Virus record (IMG/VR): IMGVR_UViG_3300032319_000936 | Coordinates: 96,001-160,000 of that record | Origin: a virus | Taxonomy: Duplodnaviria > Caudoviricetes | Direction: 5' to 3' (one strand) | Length of the DNA stretch: 64,000 nt | Notes under the pieces: generated by a model | Database searches by the model: none | What the model saw: the letters and a program-made list of their open reading frames with translations, nothing else | What the model was told of the DNA's origin: nothing | Program-made: the position numbers and the translations under genes | Shown: positions 18,977 to 29,059 of the stretch, piece after piece | Numbering within the stretch: the first letter of the stretch is position 1 | How the letters are laid out: every line of letters starts with the position of its first letter

Positions 18977-20395
18977 CTATTTAGAGGAATTTTCTGATTC
19001 TTTTTTTATTAATTTTTCGAGTCTATCGATTTCGATCTGTAGAGCTAACATTTTGTCCTTTGTAGCTCTTCTTTTTGAGTAAAGATCGCTAACTATGCCC
19101 CTTAATATAGGCTCTTCATCTTCCCCTCCGAAATATGCTCCGGATGAAGTTTTAACCCAACTGTCCTTCGGAGTTAATATGCTCTTACCCTTATAGACCT
19201 CCGGGGATATACCCCATTGAACAATTGTATTTGGATACAGGGAGGCAAAGTCATAACAAGCTATCCATTCGTGCAATCCCGCTATTGGCTCCTTAACATA
19301 TCCACCTGCAAATTTAACTGCCTGCTCTTCTTTCCTCTCGTTAACAAATACCTGTTTTCTTTCTAGGAACTTTCTGAGCATCATGCTCTCTGTTGACCAA
19401 ACTGGGGAAAGTGCTCTATTGATTTCTACGCCTGTTACCAATGCTATCTTAAAGAAAGTCTGTAAGGTCTTTAGCTTCTGATCTATATAATGAACAAGAG
19501 CACAATCGACTGCGTTATAGTAGATAAAGTCTTCAAAATTAGATTGATATAGATCACGGAGAGTTCCGTTATATGAGATCTTCTTGAGTCCTATAGCTTT
19601 TTCAGCAACATAATCCAATCTATTGCTTTCCTTGATTTTAATAACTCTATCCCATTTCTTATAGATATCCAAATAATCGACCATTAGTATGTGTTGGGGC
19701 AACTGATTCTTTCCTATTAGAGTTCGGGATGGCGATATCATCTTGGGGTCTATTCCTAGCTTCTTTGCACGGTTTATCAGATATGGCCAGTCGTACCCTA
19801 GCCAGTTCCATCCTGTAATAAATGGCATCTTCGAGCCTATGTCCTTAAAGAAAGTATACAGCATATCATACTCGCTTTCAAATTGCTTGTATTTAAAGCT
19901 CCACTCGTCACCGGTTTTTTCGAAGTAGCTATTCAGCTTATTATGAATGGAAACTTGTTGCTCCTGAGTTAGAGGGTCTAGTCCTAAAACAATAAGCTTA
20001 CACTTATCCGTTGCAATACCGATTGATAAAACCCTATTCTTTGTGTTCTCAGTATCTAACGCATCAGCCATCTCATCCGTGATCTCAACCTCGATATCGA
20101 GAAAGTATTTCTTTGGTGTTTGATACTCCCAAAGCGGTGATGTTATGTTGCGATCTGACTCTTCCAGCATTTGAGCCATTCTATACTTATCGTATCTCTC
20201 AGAAGGAGCCTTTTTAACTGGTGCACCTGTCCAGTCTTTCCATTCTGGGTCTTTTTTTCTGTCATTAGGATAACACTTTGACCAAACAAATCTCTCCTCT
20301 TCAGGAACAGGAATGTGCAAAAAAACTAGATCACCCTCATCACTGAAATGAGAAACGTTCAAATACGTTCCTTTATTTTCTATGTCTACTATCAT
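18977..20395 (-). CDS. Family B DNA polymerase, N-terminal subunit only (exonuclease plus motif A)
   Basis: LDIE (ExoI), GWNWLGYDWPY (ExoII), YNAVD (ExoIII), FAGGYV and YDFASLYP (motif A). It ends in the fingers helix without KxxxNSxYG or YxDTDS. Confidence 0.9.
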   Translation of the reverse strand: MIVDIENKGTYLNVSHFSDEGDLVFLHIPVPEEERFVWSKCYPNDRKKDPEWKDWTGAPVKKAPSERYDKYRMAQMLEESDRNITSPLWEYQTPKKYFLDIEVEITDEMADALDTENTKNRVLSIGIATDKCKLIVLGLDPLTQEQQVSIHNKLNSYFEKTGDEWSFKYKQFESEYDMLYTFFKDIGSKMPFITGWNWLGYDWPYLINRAKKLGIDPKMISPSRTLIGKNQLPQHILMVDYLDIYKKWDRVIKIKESNRLDYVAEKAIGLKKISYNGTLRDLYQSNFEDFIYYNAVDCALVHYIDQKLKTLQTFFKIALVTGVEINRALSPVWSTESMMLRKFLERKQVFVNERKEEQAVKFAGGYVKEPIAGLHEWIACYDFASLYPNTIVQWGISPEVYKGKSILTPKDSWVKTSSGAYFGGEDEEPILRGIVSDLYSKRRATKDKMLALQIEIDRLEKLIKKESENSSK

Positions 20396-20419
20396 GCGTT
20401 ATTGGATTTGTTAGTATTG

Positions 20420-20444
20420 TATTGAAGTTATTCGATTTATTTCC
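20420..20444 (-). promoter_or_regulatory. Putative bipartite promoter G(G/A)AA(A/C)-N14-TCAATA (representative copy, upstream of polB)
   Basis: Same spacing at 765-789 and 21543-21567; partial match at 31680-31704. Confidence 0.45.
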
Positions 20445-20509
20445 AATATCCCCGTTCTTTTTTACTTAATTTTCCGCAGATATATAAATCCAACAAAACT
20501 TACATCGTA

Positions 20510-20806
20510 ATGAAAAACATAAAGTCTATTACCGATTTTCTAAACGAAGATTTTGATCCGGGAACGGTTCAGGTTCCAGGTGATGCGTACGCTACTCGGG
20601 TTAATTCTAGAAATTACCAGTCAGCGCACCAGCCCCTTCCCCAGGTACTAGACCCAATGTACGAAGGATCTTATTTCTGTGATTTTCTAGACGAGTGTGG
20701 CAAATCGGAAAATTTCACGAGCATTGTGAAAGAGAAGAGAAAATCACCAACAGAGATCACTAATTATCTAAAAGAAGAATTTCTTAGCAATTCAGCTAAG
20801 AATTAA
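20510..20806 (+). CDS. Hypothetical, probably virion-packaged protein
   Basis: MKNIKSITDFLNED N-terminus; GATATATA at 20479-20486 on the + strand. Confidence 0.7.
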   Translation: MKNIKSITDFLNEDFDPGTVQVPGDAYATRVNSRNYQSAHQPLPQVLDPMYEGSYFCDFLDECGKSENFTSIVKEKRKSPTEITNYLKEEFLSNSAKN

Positions 20807-20821
20807 AAATAAATATCAGAA

Positions 20822-21274
20822 ATGAAGCATTTAATATTATTTGAAGATTACACATCTACTGAATTAGATCTAGATCCAAAGATCAGAGAAGAATATATTA
20901 AGAAATTGGAGGATCTGGTAAGCTTTCCTGATCTTTATCGGGACGATTTTGAAACATGGATGGCAGTTATAGACGATGTGTCATCTAAATATTTGGATTC
21001 GGAAGAGATGTCTATCTCCAAACAAGAATATAATAAATTCCTAAAAGAATATAAAAGGGTGAGGGATGCTAATTCGAGCCAATTTCTTTTAGATGGGTTT
21101 TTTATTGGGATAAGCGGGGAGGTACCGGATACAGATTATGAGGATCTAAACGAAAAACCAATAGAATGGTGGTTAAAAGAGTTATCAGTATTTCCTAAAG
21201 AAATTGCTTATATGGCTAAATCTGTATGGGATAATATTAACATCTTTCCTATAGAATTTATCAGAATTAAATAA
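20822..21274 (+). CDS. Hypothetical acidic protein
   Basis: MKHLILFEDY N-terminus; lies 15 nt downstream of the previous gene. Confidence 0.7.
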   Translation: MKHLILFEDYTSTELDLDPKIREEYIKKLEDLVSFPDLYRDDFETWMAVIDDVSSKYLDSEEMSISKQEYNKFLKEYKRVRDANSSQFLLDGFFIGISGEVPDTDYEDLNEKPIEWWLKELSVFPKEIAYMAKSVWDNINIFPIEFIRIK

Positions 21275-21293
21275 TAAAAGATCTGGACATGAT

Positions 21294-21521
21294 TTAAACC
21301 TCTTGTTCAATTTCAAACTTATCCACATCTCTACCGACTATGAATTTTCCAACTAAATTATTATCCCTTTCTATTCTCATTCCAGCTAGTTCCAATCCTT
21401 CACCTATATTTATTAATGGCGGAAGCTTAACATAGTTTGCAGGTCCTCTTCGTTCATGGATAGCTACTTTAAGTCCCGCTTGTAAAATTTCGGCTATTAA
21501 TTTTCTTTTTTCAATTTCCAT
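21294..21521 (-). CDS. Hypothetical protein
   Basis: ATG ORF preceded by GAAAC-N14-TCAATA. Confidence 0.6.
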   Translation of the reverse strand: MEIEKRKLIAEILQAGLKVAIHERRGPANYVKLPPLINIGEGLELAGMRIERDNNLVGKFIVGRDVDKFEIEQEV

Positions 21522-21607
21522 TTGATACTATTTTACTTATCTTATTGATTTTGTAGTATTTTGTTTCACTTTGAAACTTAAAGGTAAATTCTGTATAAAA
21601 TTTCTCC

Positions 21608-22000
21608 TTATCTTATTTTTATAGAATCTAAATAAATTATTAATTTCTTATCGGTCGGTTCAACCGACAGATTTTTTTTAACAAAGATATCCCAGGAATC
21701 CTGACCATATTTTCCTATGCCGGGTAGCTCTGAAGGGTCATTGAAACCGTCTATCCACCTTTGACTCATCTTTTTTATTCTATCCGCTTTTACGTTTTGG
21801 AATCCCGTAGACTTTAGACATTCCGATATTCTTTCTTTTTGACACAGAACAGCAGAGTTTGGATCTGGTATGATGCTGAATAGAATGTCTAAAATAGGTC
21901 TAACCTGTTTATTGTTTGTTTGGTTTAGACATATACAACAGACCATCATTCTCCATGGGTTGTCCAGATACTCCTCCTGTATTAATATTTCTCTGCCCAT
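21608..22000 (-). CDS. MBD4-like HhH-GPD DNA glycosylase
   Basis: LIQE...PWRMMVCCICLNQT...LPGIGKYGQDSWDIF...PTDKKL; start set at ATG 22000, just downstream of the promoter. Confidence 0.85.
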   Translation of the reverse strand: MGREILIQEEYLDNPWRMMVCCICLNQTNNKQVRPILDILFSIIPDPNSAVLCQKERISECLKSTGFQNVKADRIKKMSQRWIDGFNDPSELPGIGKYGQDSWDIFVKKNLSVEPTDKKLIIYLDSIKIR

Positions 22001-22004
22001 GTGG

Positions 22005-22012
22005 CAAATATA
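22005..22012 (-). promoter_or_regulatory. Bacteroidota sigma-A -7 element (TAnnTTTG)
   Basis: TATATTTG 4 nt before the glycosylase ATG, with TTTG further upstream. Confidence 0.6.
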
Positions 22013-22028
22013 AGAAACACACCCGCAC

Positions 22029-22054
22029 AAAAAAAGCCGGTTGCCCGGCTTTTT
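22029..22054. terminator. Bidirectional-type intrinsic terminator after dnaK
   Basis: AAAAAAAGCCGG-TTGC-CCGGCTTTTT. Confidence 0.8.
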
Positions 22055-22070
22055 CTATAATAACACTGGA

Positions 22071-23372
22071 TTATCCCTTAACCTCCTCAAACTCAACCTC
22101 TTCAGCTTCCGTGCTTGCAGAGCTAGTGGTTTCTCCAGCTTCGCCGGGGTTAGCTTGCTCCTGAGCATAAACTTTAGTGGAGATTTCTTGGAGTGCCTCG
22201 ACTAGATCCTTGGTGCTAGATTCCATCTTTTCAACATCCTCACCTTTTATGGTCTCCTTAGCGGACTCTATCATAGAATTAATCTTAGCTCTTTCCTCCT
22301 CAGATGTCTTTTCCTCAAAGTCTTTAACCATTTTTTCAGCTTGGAAAATTAAGCCATCCAACTCATTCTTAACCTGGGATAGCTTAAGTCTTTCTTTATC
22401 TGCTTTCTCGTTAGCTAAAGCGTCGTCTTTCATCTTTTTGATTTCATCCTCTGATAGCTTATTACCAGCTTCAATCTTGATGTTCTGCTCTTTACCTGTT
22501 CCCTTGTCCTTAGCAGAAACACTAATGATACCGTTAGCATCAATATCAAAGGTAACTTCAATCTGAGGAACGCCTCTTGGAGCAGGAGGGACATCAGTTA
22601 GCATGAATCTTCCTAGAGTCTTGTTATCTGAAGCCATGGGTCTTTCACCCTGTAAAACATGGATTTCCACATTTGCCTGGTTATCAACAGCAGTAGAGAA
22701 TGACTCGCTTTTTCTAATAGGAATAGTTGAGTTAGATTCAATCAATTTGGTGAATACACCTCCCATTGTTTCAATACCTAAAGAAAGCGGAGTAACATCA
22801 AGCAAAAGAACGTCTGTGATTTCTCCTTTTAAAACTGCTCCCTGAACTGCTGCCCCAATAGCAACAACCTCATCGGGATTCACGCTCTTATTTGGCTTCT
22901 TACCAAATAGCTTTTCTACTTCCTCTTGAACCTTAGGAATTCTTGTTGATCCACCAACCAATAGAATCTCATCTATTTCAGAAACTTTAAGTTTGGAATC
23001 TTTGATAGCTTTTCTACAAGGGGCAAGTGTCTTCTGAATTAAATCGTCAATCATTTGCTCAAATTTAGCTCTTGAAAGTTTCCCTACAAAGTGCTTAGGT
23101 CCATCTGAAAGAGCGCTTAGATAAGGTAGGTTAATTTCTGTTTCTGATGAGTTCGATAATTCTATTTTCGCCTTCTCAGCAGCTTCTCTAATACGTTGAT
23201 AAGCCATTGGGTCCTTAGAGGCATCTATTCCAGTTTGAGACTTGAACTCATCCACGATCCAATCAATAATCTTCTCATCGAAGTTGTCACCACCAAGATG
23301 TGTATCACCGTTAGTTGAAAGAACCTCAAATACACCGGAGCCTATCTCCAGGATCGATACGTCAAATGTACC
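22071..23372 (-). CDS. dnaK: DnaK (Hsp70) exon 2
   Basis: GTFDVSIL...[11 protein letters not shown]...LVGGSTRIP...[16 protein letters not shown]...; joins exon 1 to restore YDLGGGTFD (627 aa spliced). Confidence 0.95.
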   Translation of the reverse strand, partial: GTFDVSILEIGSGVFEVLSTNGDTHLGGDNFDEKIIDWIVDEFKSQTGIDASKDPMAYQRIREAAEKAKIELSNSSETEINLPYLSALSDGPKHFVGKLSRAKFEQMIDDLIQKTLAPCRKAIKDSKLKVSEIDEILLVGGSTRIPKVQEEVEKLFGKKPNKSVNPDEVVAIGAAVQGAVLKGEITDVLLLDVTPLSLGIETMGGVFTKLIESNSTIPIRKSESFSTAVDNQANVEIHVLQGERPMASDNKTLGRFMLTDVPPAPRGVPQIEVTFDIDANGIISVSAKDKGTGKEQNIKIEAGNKLSEDEIKKMKDDALANEKADKERLKLSQVKNELDGLIFQAEKMVKDFEEKTSEEERAKINSMIESAKETIKGEDVEKMESSTKDLVEALQEISTKVYAQEQANPGEAGETTSSASTEAEEVEFEEVKG

Positions 23373-24373
<1,001 letters not shown>

Positions 24374-24493
24374 TTACTTTTTTTTTATTTTTAAAACTTT
24401 TATTTTTAACTCCGGATTTATAGAGCCGGGTCTCTGAGGATGTTTCACCCTCGTCTTTTCAATCTTTAATGATATAGGTTTAAAATCTTTCAT
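24374..24493 (-). CDS. Possible 39-aa basic upstream ORF of dnaK
   Basis: MKDFKPISLKIEKTRVKHPQRPGSINPELKIKVLKIKKK ends 6 nt before the dnaK ATG; it may be non-coding leader. Confidence 0.3.
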   Translation of the reverse strand: MKDFKPISLKIEKTRVKHPQRPGSINPELKIKVLKIKKK

Positions 24494-24538
24494 TTTTTTG
24501 TAATTTTTAGGACAACAATTCAAAAAGATTGCCGCAAG

Positions 24539-24564
24539 AAAAAAGGAGACATAATGTCTCCTTT
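24539..24564 (-). terminator. Hairpin AAAGGAGACA-TAA-TGTCTCCTTT (terminator or operator)
   Basis: Perfect 10-bp inverted repeat with a U tract on the minus strand. Confidence 0.6.
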
Positions 24565-24593
24565 CCTTTTATTTATATGTCAAAATTTACATA

Positions 24594-25040
24594 TTATAAA
24601 TTTCTAGACTCCTTAAGTTTGACAAATTCCCCGAATTTCTTAACTAGCTTCTTCTTTCTTTTGCTAGCAGCAGATGTTCCAACAGTTAGGCTGTCGAACT
24701 TATCGCCGGAGCCGGATAAGCTAGGATTATAGAATCCAGCATTAGTTCCACCGTTCTGGGGTGTAGCAGGATTTCCCATGCCTGGTGTAGCACCTAAAGT
24801 TGCTAAAGGAGCTGCCATACCTCCGTCCTCGTTTACTTGCATAGAGTAACCACACTCGTTTAGGTATTCATTTAACTGATCACAGGTAACACAATATCTG
24901 CTTTCATTTAACCAATTGTTCGTGCATTCCATAATACAAGCTTCGTCGCAAGATCCTAATTTTTCATTAACAAGATCAGCGTTCTTTTTCATGCAGACCA
25001 ATTCTCTGCCTTCTGTTGTTTTACCCGTTGGATAGTACAT
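24594..25040 (-). CDS. Hypothetical protein with repeated LNE/VNE motifs
   Basis: 148-aa ORF with C-terminal KKFGEFVKLKE. Confidence 0.65.
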   Translation of the reverse strand: MYYPTGKTTEGRELVCMKKNADLVNEKLGSCDEACIMECTNNWLNESRYCVTCDQLNEYLNECGYSMQVNEDGGMAAPLATLGATPGMGNPATPQNGGTNAGFYNPSLSGSGDKFDSLTVGTSAASKRKKKLVKKFGEFVKLKESRNL

Positions 25041-25041
25041 T

Positions 25042-25269
25042 TTAATTCAGTATGTTTTTTATATTTCTTTCGAATATCCTTATCACGTTTCCAGTTTCAT
25101 CTTTGGTAACATAGCCTATGATATCGTTATATGTATCGTAGATCGGTGAGCTTATTAGAAGCTTTCTCCCGTGATTATCAACGATCCATTTATTTAGGAT
25201 CTTACTTTCCTTCTTTGGACCCATTCTATAGTCCTGGTAGTTGCTATCTGGAGCACCGCAATCACACAT
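25042..25269 (-). CDS. Hypothetical protein
   Basis: Tightly packed ORF. Confidence 0.6.
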   Translation of the reverse strand: MCDCGAPDSNYQDYRMGPKKESKILNKWIVDNHGRKLLISSPIYDTYNDIIGYVTKDETGNVIRIFERNIKNILN

Positions 25270-25271
25270 AA

Positions 25272-25628
25272 TTATTCCTTATCTTTATCGTCAAATGACA
25301 CGCCAACTCTAATCGGTATACCATATTTATCAAAAGTTGTTTTTATATGGCCTACTGTTATCTTAACTTTGGTCTCTTTTTCTTTTATCTTTTCCAGACC
25401 ATTTACTCTAATGACTATCTTTTCAAAGTCATCAAGGATCTTCTTATCAACCTTCTTCTCTAACCAATCCCAAGGGTTTTCGTCAGGTATCCAGCTGCCT
25501 TGTGGTATAGAAGCAGCTACCCCTATTAGGACGTAAACGTCTATCCACACCCACTCAACACTGCCGCCGCTCCAAACTAGAGAGTCTCTATCGTCATTCC
25601 ACGGTAAATAGTATTTATTATCTGGCAT
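25272..25628 (-). CDS. Hypothetical Trp-rich protein
   Basis: Tightly packed ORF. Confidence 0.65.
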   Translation of the reverse strand: MPDNKYYLPWNDDRDSLVWSGGSVEWVWIDVYVLIGVAASIPQGSWIPDENPWDWLEKKVDKKILDDFEKIVIRVNGLEKIKEKETKVKITVGHIKTTFDKYGIPIRVGVSFDDKDKE

Positions 25629-25735
25629 GTTATTATAATTCTTCTAAATTATCACCGCCTGCCTGTGATATCTTGTGTATAGTGTGACATTAACTGCATG
25701 CTATAACACAGAAGATATATTTGGGATAAAAATTA

Positions 25736-25882
25736 TTATCTTGGTCCCTCAGGTTTTTGCTCCTCTGTGGTTTGTTCCCTAACAATCTGATTAAAGAAAT
25801 CAATAAGGGGTAAGCCATACTTAACTGGCATTTCTTGAATGAAAGCGTCTAACTGCTTTAAGTGTTCTTCGGTTAAGTTCAT
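25736..25882 (-). CDS. Small hypothetical protein (48 aa), tail-fibre module
   Basis: Below the ORF-track cutoff: MNLTEEHLKQLDAFIQEMPVKYGLPLIDFFNQIVREQTTEEQKPEGPR, 3 nt after the upstream stop. Confidence 0.65.
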   Translation of the reverse strand: MNLTEEHLKQLDAFIQEMPVKYGLPLIDFFNQIVREQTTEEQKPEGPR

Positions 25883-25885
25883 ATC

Positions 25886-26134
25886 TTATTTTATAATTGT
25901 TACTCCTATTGCATTCGCTACGCACTCAGTCACCCGCGAATTGTCCTCACCCCACGCTTCAAATTCAGCTGTGCTTAAAGTGTAGTTACCATTGCTTAGA
26001 ACCTTGCCTTCGGTCTTTAGTTCATAATAGGTAGTGCAAGTAGTTGCGCTTGTTTCAAAATTGAGAATGAGTACACTCATCTCTGTTGCTGTTCCTGCAT
26101 TTAAAGGAAAGACTATTGGTTGTATTTTAGCCAT
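25886..26134 (-). CDS. Small tail-fibre-associated protein
   Basis: Overlaps the upstream gene; located in the fibre module. Confidence 0.6.
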   Translation of the reverse strand: MAKIQPIVFPLNAGTATEMSVLILNFETSATTCTTYYELKTEGKVLSNGNYTLSTAEFEAWGEDNSRVTECVANAIGVTIIK

Positions 26135-26327
26135 TTTGTTGTTGTAATAATTCCCAAATAATGTATGCTTCAGGTGCTGTATCGTACCATTGCCACCCGT
26201 CTATTGGCTCTCTGTTACCATCTCTTTCGAGTGTGTATGTTGCAGCGTAAACGAAGTGAGGGCCGTAGAACCAACCCTCTTCTGTCTGCTTGTAAAATCC
26301 ACTTGTATCTTCCATAATATTATCCAA
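26127..26327 (-). CDS. Small hypothetical protein (aromatic-rich)
   Basis: Overlapping start/stop with both neighbours. Confidence 0.6.
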   Translation of the reverse strand: MDNIMEDTSGFYKQTEEGWFYGPHFVYAATYTLERDGNREPIDGWQWYDTAPEAYIIWELLQQQNG

Positions 26328-27681
26328 CTATTACCCAGTTTTTACCTGTTGCTATTGCTCTTTCTCCTGCTGTTAATGCACTCGCTCCCCAGTTACCGGT
26401 TATCGTTATTGTCGCACTTGTTGTTGCTGTTCTGTCTACTAAATTATTAAACACTTCAACAAGTGCTGTTCGTGAAAGTTGGCAGTTTAAAAGGCTTACT
26501 GTTCTTGCAAAAACCATAGGGCATCTATCCAAAGAAAAGTTGTTTTGAAAAATTGCTCCAAAATCCGTTCCGCTTGTTGTGGTAATTGATGTGGTAGAAA
26601 GTGCTGGAATAGAATTTACTGAACTACAACTCAAAAACATACCACTCATATTATTTACAAGAGCTGTATTTAACAATGGTATTGATTGAAGTGAAGTACA
26701 ACCACTAAACATAGATGAAATATTAGTAACTGCAGACGTGTTAAACAATGGTATTGTTACTAATGATGAACAGTTTTGAAACATAGATGACATATTAGTA
26801 ACTAACCCAGTATTAAACAATGGTACACTTTTTAATGATGAGCAACCTAAAAACATAGATGAAATATTAGTAACTGCAGACGTGTTAAACAATGGGATAG
26901 ATTTTAATGAAGCACAGCCATTAAACATAGATGACATATTTGTTACAGCAGATGTAATAAATAACGGCACTGATTGTAAAGAAAAACATTGAGTAAACAT
27001 TTGGCTCATATTTGTTACAGCAGATGTAATAAATAACGGCACTGATTGTAAAGAAAAACATTGAGAAAACATTTGGCTCATATTTGTAACTGCAGAAGTA
27101 TTAAATAATGGTACTGATTGTAATGAGGAAAACTGAAAGAATAAATTTGGTAATGAATTACATCCTCCAATAGTTTTTATATCAAATCTCTCGCAATATG
27201 AATGTCTTATTATTGTGCTTCCTAATACTATGCTTGTGCTAACACTTGCATTAGGCATTGATAAAATACAATCTAAAAAACCCGATGCGTATGCAGTAGT
27301 TTGAATTGGTGAAGTTACATAAGCTCTCTGTAAATCAATGATTCGAAGTAATCCACTTACTGGAGTAACAACAATCATTGCTTGTTTGTAACCTCTACTC
27401 GTTAATGTAGCATTGCTAACAGTTGCGTAGTCGTATTGATATTGCGCAACCGTTCCGCTATTATGAAGCGTTACCGTTCCGTCTCCCCAGTCTACTTGAT
27501 ATTGTCCTGCACTTGTTGTAAATAGAAAAGCTGCAAAGTTCTGCCCTTCAGGAAAGACAGCGTAAAGCCCTACAAATGTATCGTTGGCTGCTGTTACTGT
27601 TGGCATAGCTAGCCAGTCCGAAGGTCTAACCCATTCTGTATTACCGCTTGAAATCGGCAAACTAAAACTTCCTACTGCCAT
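26320..27681 (-). CDS. DUF285/BspA-like leucine-rich-repeat surface protein
   Basis: About eight 24-aa repeats SLxSxPLFNTSAVTNMSxMFxxC, with an N-terminal VDWGDG beta motif. Confidence 0.85.
   Translation of the reverse strand: MAVGSFSLPISSGNTEWVRPSDWLAMPTVTAANDTFVGLYAVFPEGQNFAAFLFTTSAGQYQVDWGDGTVTLHNSGTVAQYQYDYATVSNATLTSRGYKQAMIVVTPVSGLLRIIDLQRAYVTSPIQTTAYASGFLDCILSMPNASVSTSIVLGSTIIRHSYCERFDIKTIGGCNSLPNLFFQFSSLQSVPLFNTSAVTNMSQMFSQCFSLQSVPLFITSAVTNMSQMFTQCFSLQSVPLFITSAVTNMSSMFNGCASLKSIPLFNTSAVTNISSMFLGCSSLKSVPLFNTGLVTNMSSMFQNCSSLVTIPLFNTSAVTNISSMFSGCTSLQSIPLLNTALVNNMSGMFLSCSSVNSIPALSTTSITTTSGTDFGAIFQNNFSLDRCPMVFARTVSLLNCQLSRTALVEVFNNLVDRTATTSATITITGNWGASALTAGERAIATGKNWVIVG
26590..27160 (-). 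repeat. 72-nt coding tandem repeat array
   Basis: 26935-27015 matches 27007-27087 with one mismatch; AAACATAGATGAAATATTAGTAACTGCAGACGTGTTAAACAATGG recurs 144 nt apart. Confidence 0.85.
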
Positions 27682-29048
27682 TAGTTAAAGATGTTAAATG
27701 TTACTGTTATATCTGCGCTTGGCAAGTTCGTTGCGTATAGCTTAACACTTCCTGCGCTGCTCAATGTCGCAGGCAATACTTGCGCTGCTTGTACTATTGC
27801 TATTGTGCTGTTAGCGGGTATAACGTCAACAATGCTTGTGCTTAAAATTGCTACGTTTGAATAGTTGTATTCGTATAAACCACTAACCAAACTCCAACTC
27901 GCAGCCGTTAACGTTACAGGTGTAACTTGTAACACGGTTAACCCTGTCGCAATCGTGAATGTTCTGTTGGCTGATAAGTCTTGCGTTGTGCCGTTAATCG
28001 TGAGCGTTCGCGTTTCGGGAACTGGAGTAAATCCTAACGCGTTTTGCTTGCCGTTGAAAGTGGTCCAATCAGTAGAACTTAATGCGCCTCTATTCGTTGC
28101 GCTTGCCGTTGGTATATTCAGTGTTATTACAGGTGTTGTTGTACCCGTTGCAACAGTGCTTGTGATATTTGTTCCTGTAGTACCTATAGTCAATGCCGCT
28201 ACGCTTGTAACCGTTCCCGTAACTATATTTACGTTACTGTAAAGAGATGTGCCATTTACTGTAGCTAATGTAGGATTTTGAGGAAAAGTTATATAACAAT
28301 TTGCATTTGTAAAAGAGGAAGGCGTTGTTGCAAGGTATCCTCCTACTGATATTATACAATAAGTTCCATAGTCAACCGCATAGCCAGCAGTAGTAAAAAC
28401 ACAATATTCACCTGCTTGATTTCTAATAATAATAGAATTACCCCCAACCAGATTATTTATGAAATAATTGTTCATAAGAGTAATGCCATCACTAGTGGTG
28501 TAGGAAATCCTCATTTCATATGGGTCACCTTCAGAGTACATGACATATACTTCTCCTGCACCTGGAACAACAGGGGAAGATGCTATAAATAGCCCATAAT
28601 TGAAACCGCCAAATTTACCATTAAATTTATTCCAATCTGCTGAGGATAGTGCACCTCTATTAACTGAGCTTGCTGTTGGTACATTAAGAGTGATAACTGG
28701 AGTAGTTGTGCTATTGGCGACCGTACTTGTCAAATCTGAACCGGTTGTTCCAATAGTCAAGGCAGCAACACTTACTACTGAACCTGGTCCAGTTGGGCCA
28801 GTTGGTCCAGCTACACCTTGAGGCCCAGTCGTTCCAGTAACACCTTGAGGTCCAGTTGGTCCGGCTACACCTTGAGGTCCAGTTGGCCCCGATGGACCCG
28901 CAGCACCTGTTACCCCACCACCACCTCCTATAAAGACCGGATCTCCTAGACCATTGAAATAGTTACCAAATCCATCCGTTTGTAGGATGTTCTGGTAAGT
29001 GAATGATATCTTCTGGTCTGTAAGGTTGTATGCTGGATTGTTTGGCAT
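27681..29048 (-). CDS. Tail-fibre-like protein with collagen segment and duplicated beta module
   Basis: GPTGPQGVA repeats; two copies of [41 protein letters not shown]. Confidence 0.75.
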   Translation of the reverse strand: MPNNPAYNLTDQKISFTYQNILQTDGFGNYFNGLGDPVFIGGGGGVTGAAGPSGPTGPQGVAGPTGPQGVTGTTGPQGVAGPTGPTGPGSVVSVAALTIGTTGSDLTSTVANSTTTPVITLNVPTASSVNRGALSSADWNKFNGKFGGFNYGLFIASSPVVPGAGEVYVMYSEGDPYEMRISYTTSDGITLMNNYFINNLVGGNSIIIRNQAGEYCVFTTAGYAVDYGTYCIISVGGYLATTPSSFTNANCYITFPQNPTLATVNGTSLYSNVNIVTGTVTSVAALTIGTTGTNITSTVATGTTTPVITLNIPTASATNRGALSSTDWTTFNGKQNALGFTPVPETRTLTINGTTQDLSANRTFTIATGLTVLQVTPVTLTAASWSLVSGLYEYNYSNVAILSTSIVDVIPANSTIAIVQAAQVLPATLSSAGSVKLYATNLPSADITVTFNIFN

Positions 29049-29059
29049 TTAAGCTGCAT

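Noticed and set aside
18977-19100. Split intein at the PolB C-terminus
   Set aside because: No Cys/Ser-initiated Hint blocks; the tail is a plain coiled coil.
26590-27160. CRISPR array or DGR template/variable repeats
   Set aside because: The period is 72 nt, in frame, with no unique spacers; it encodes LRR repeats, and no cas or reverse transcriptase gene was seen in the window.
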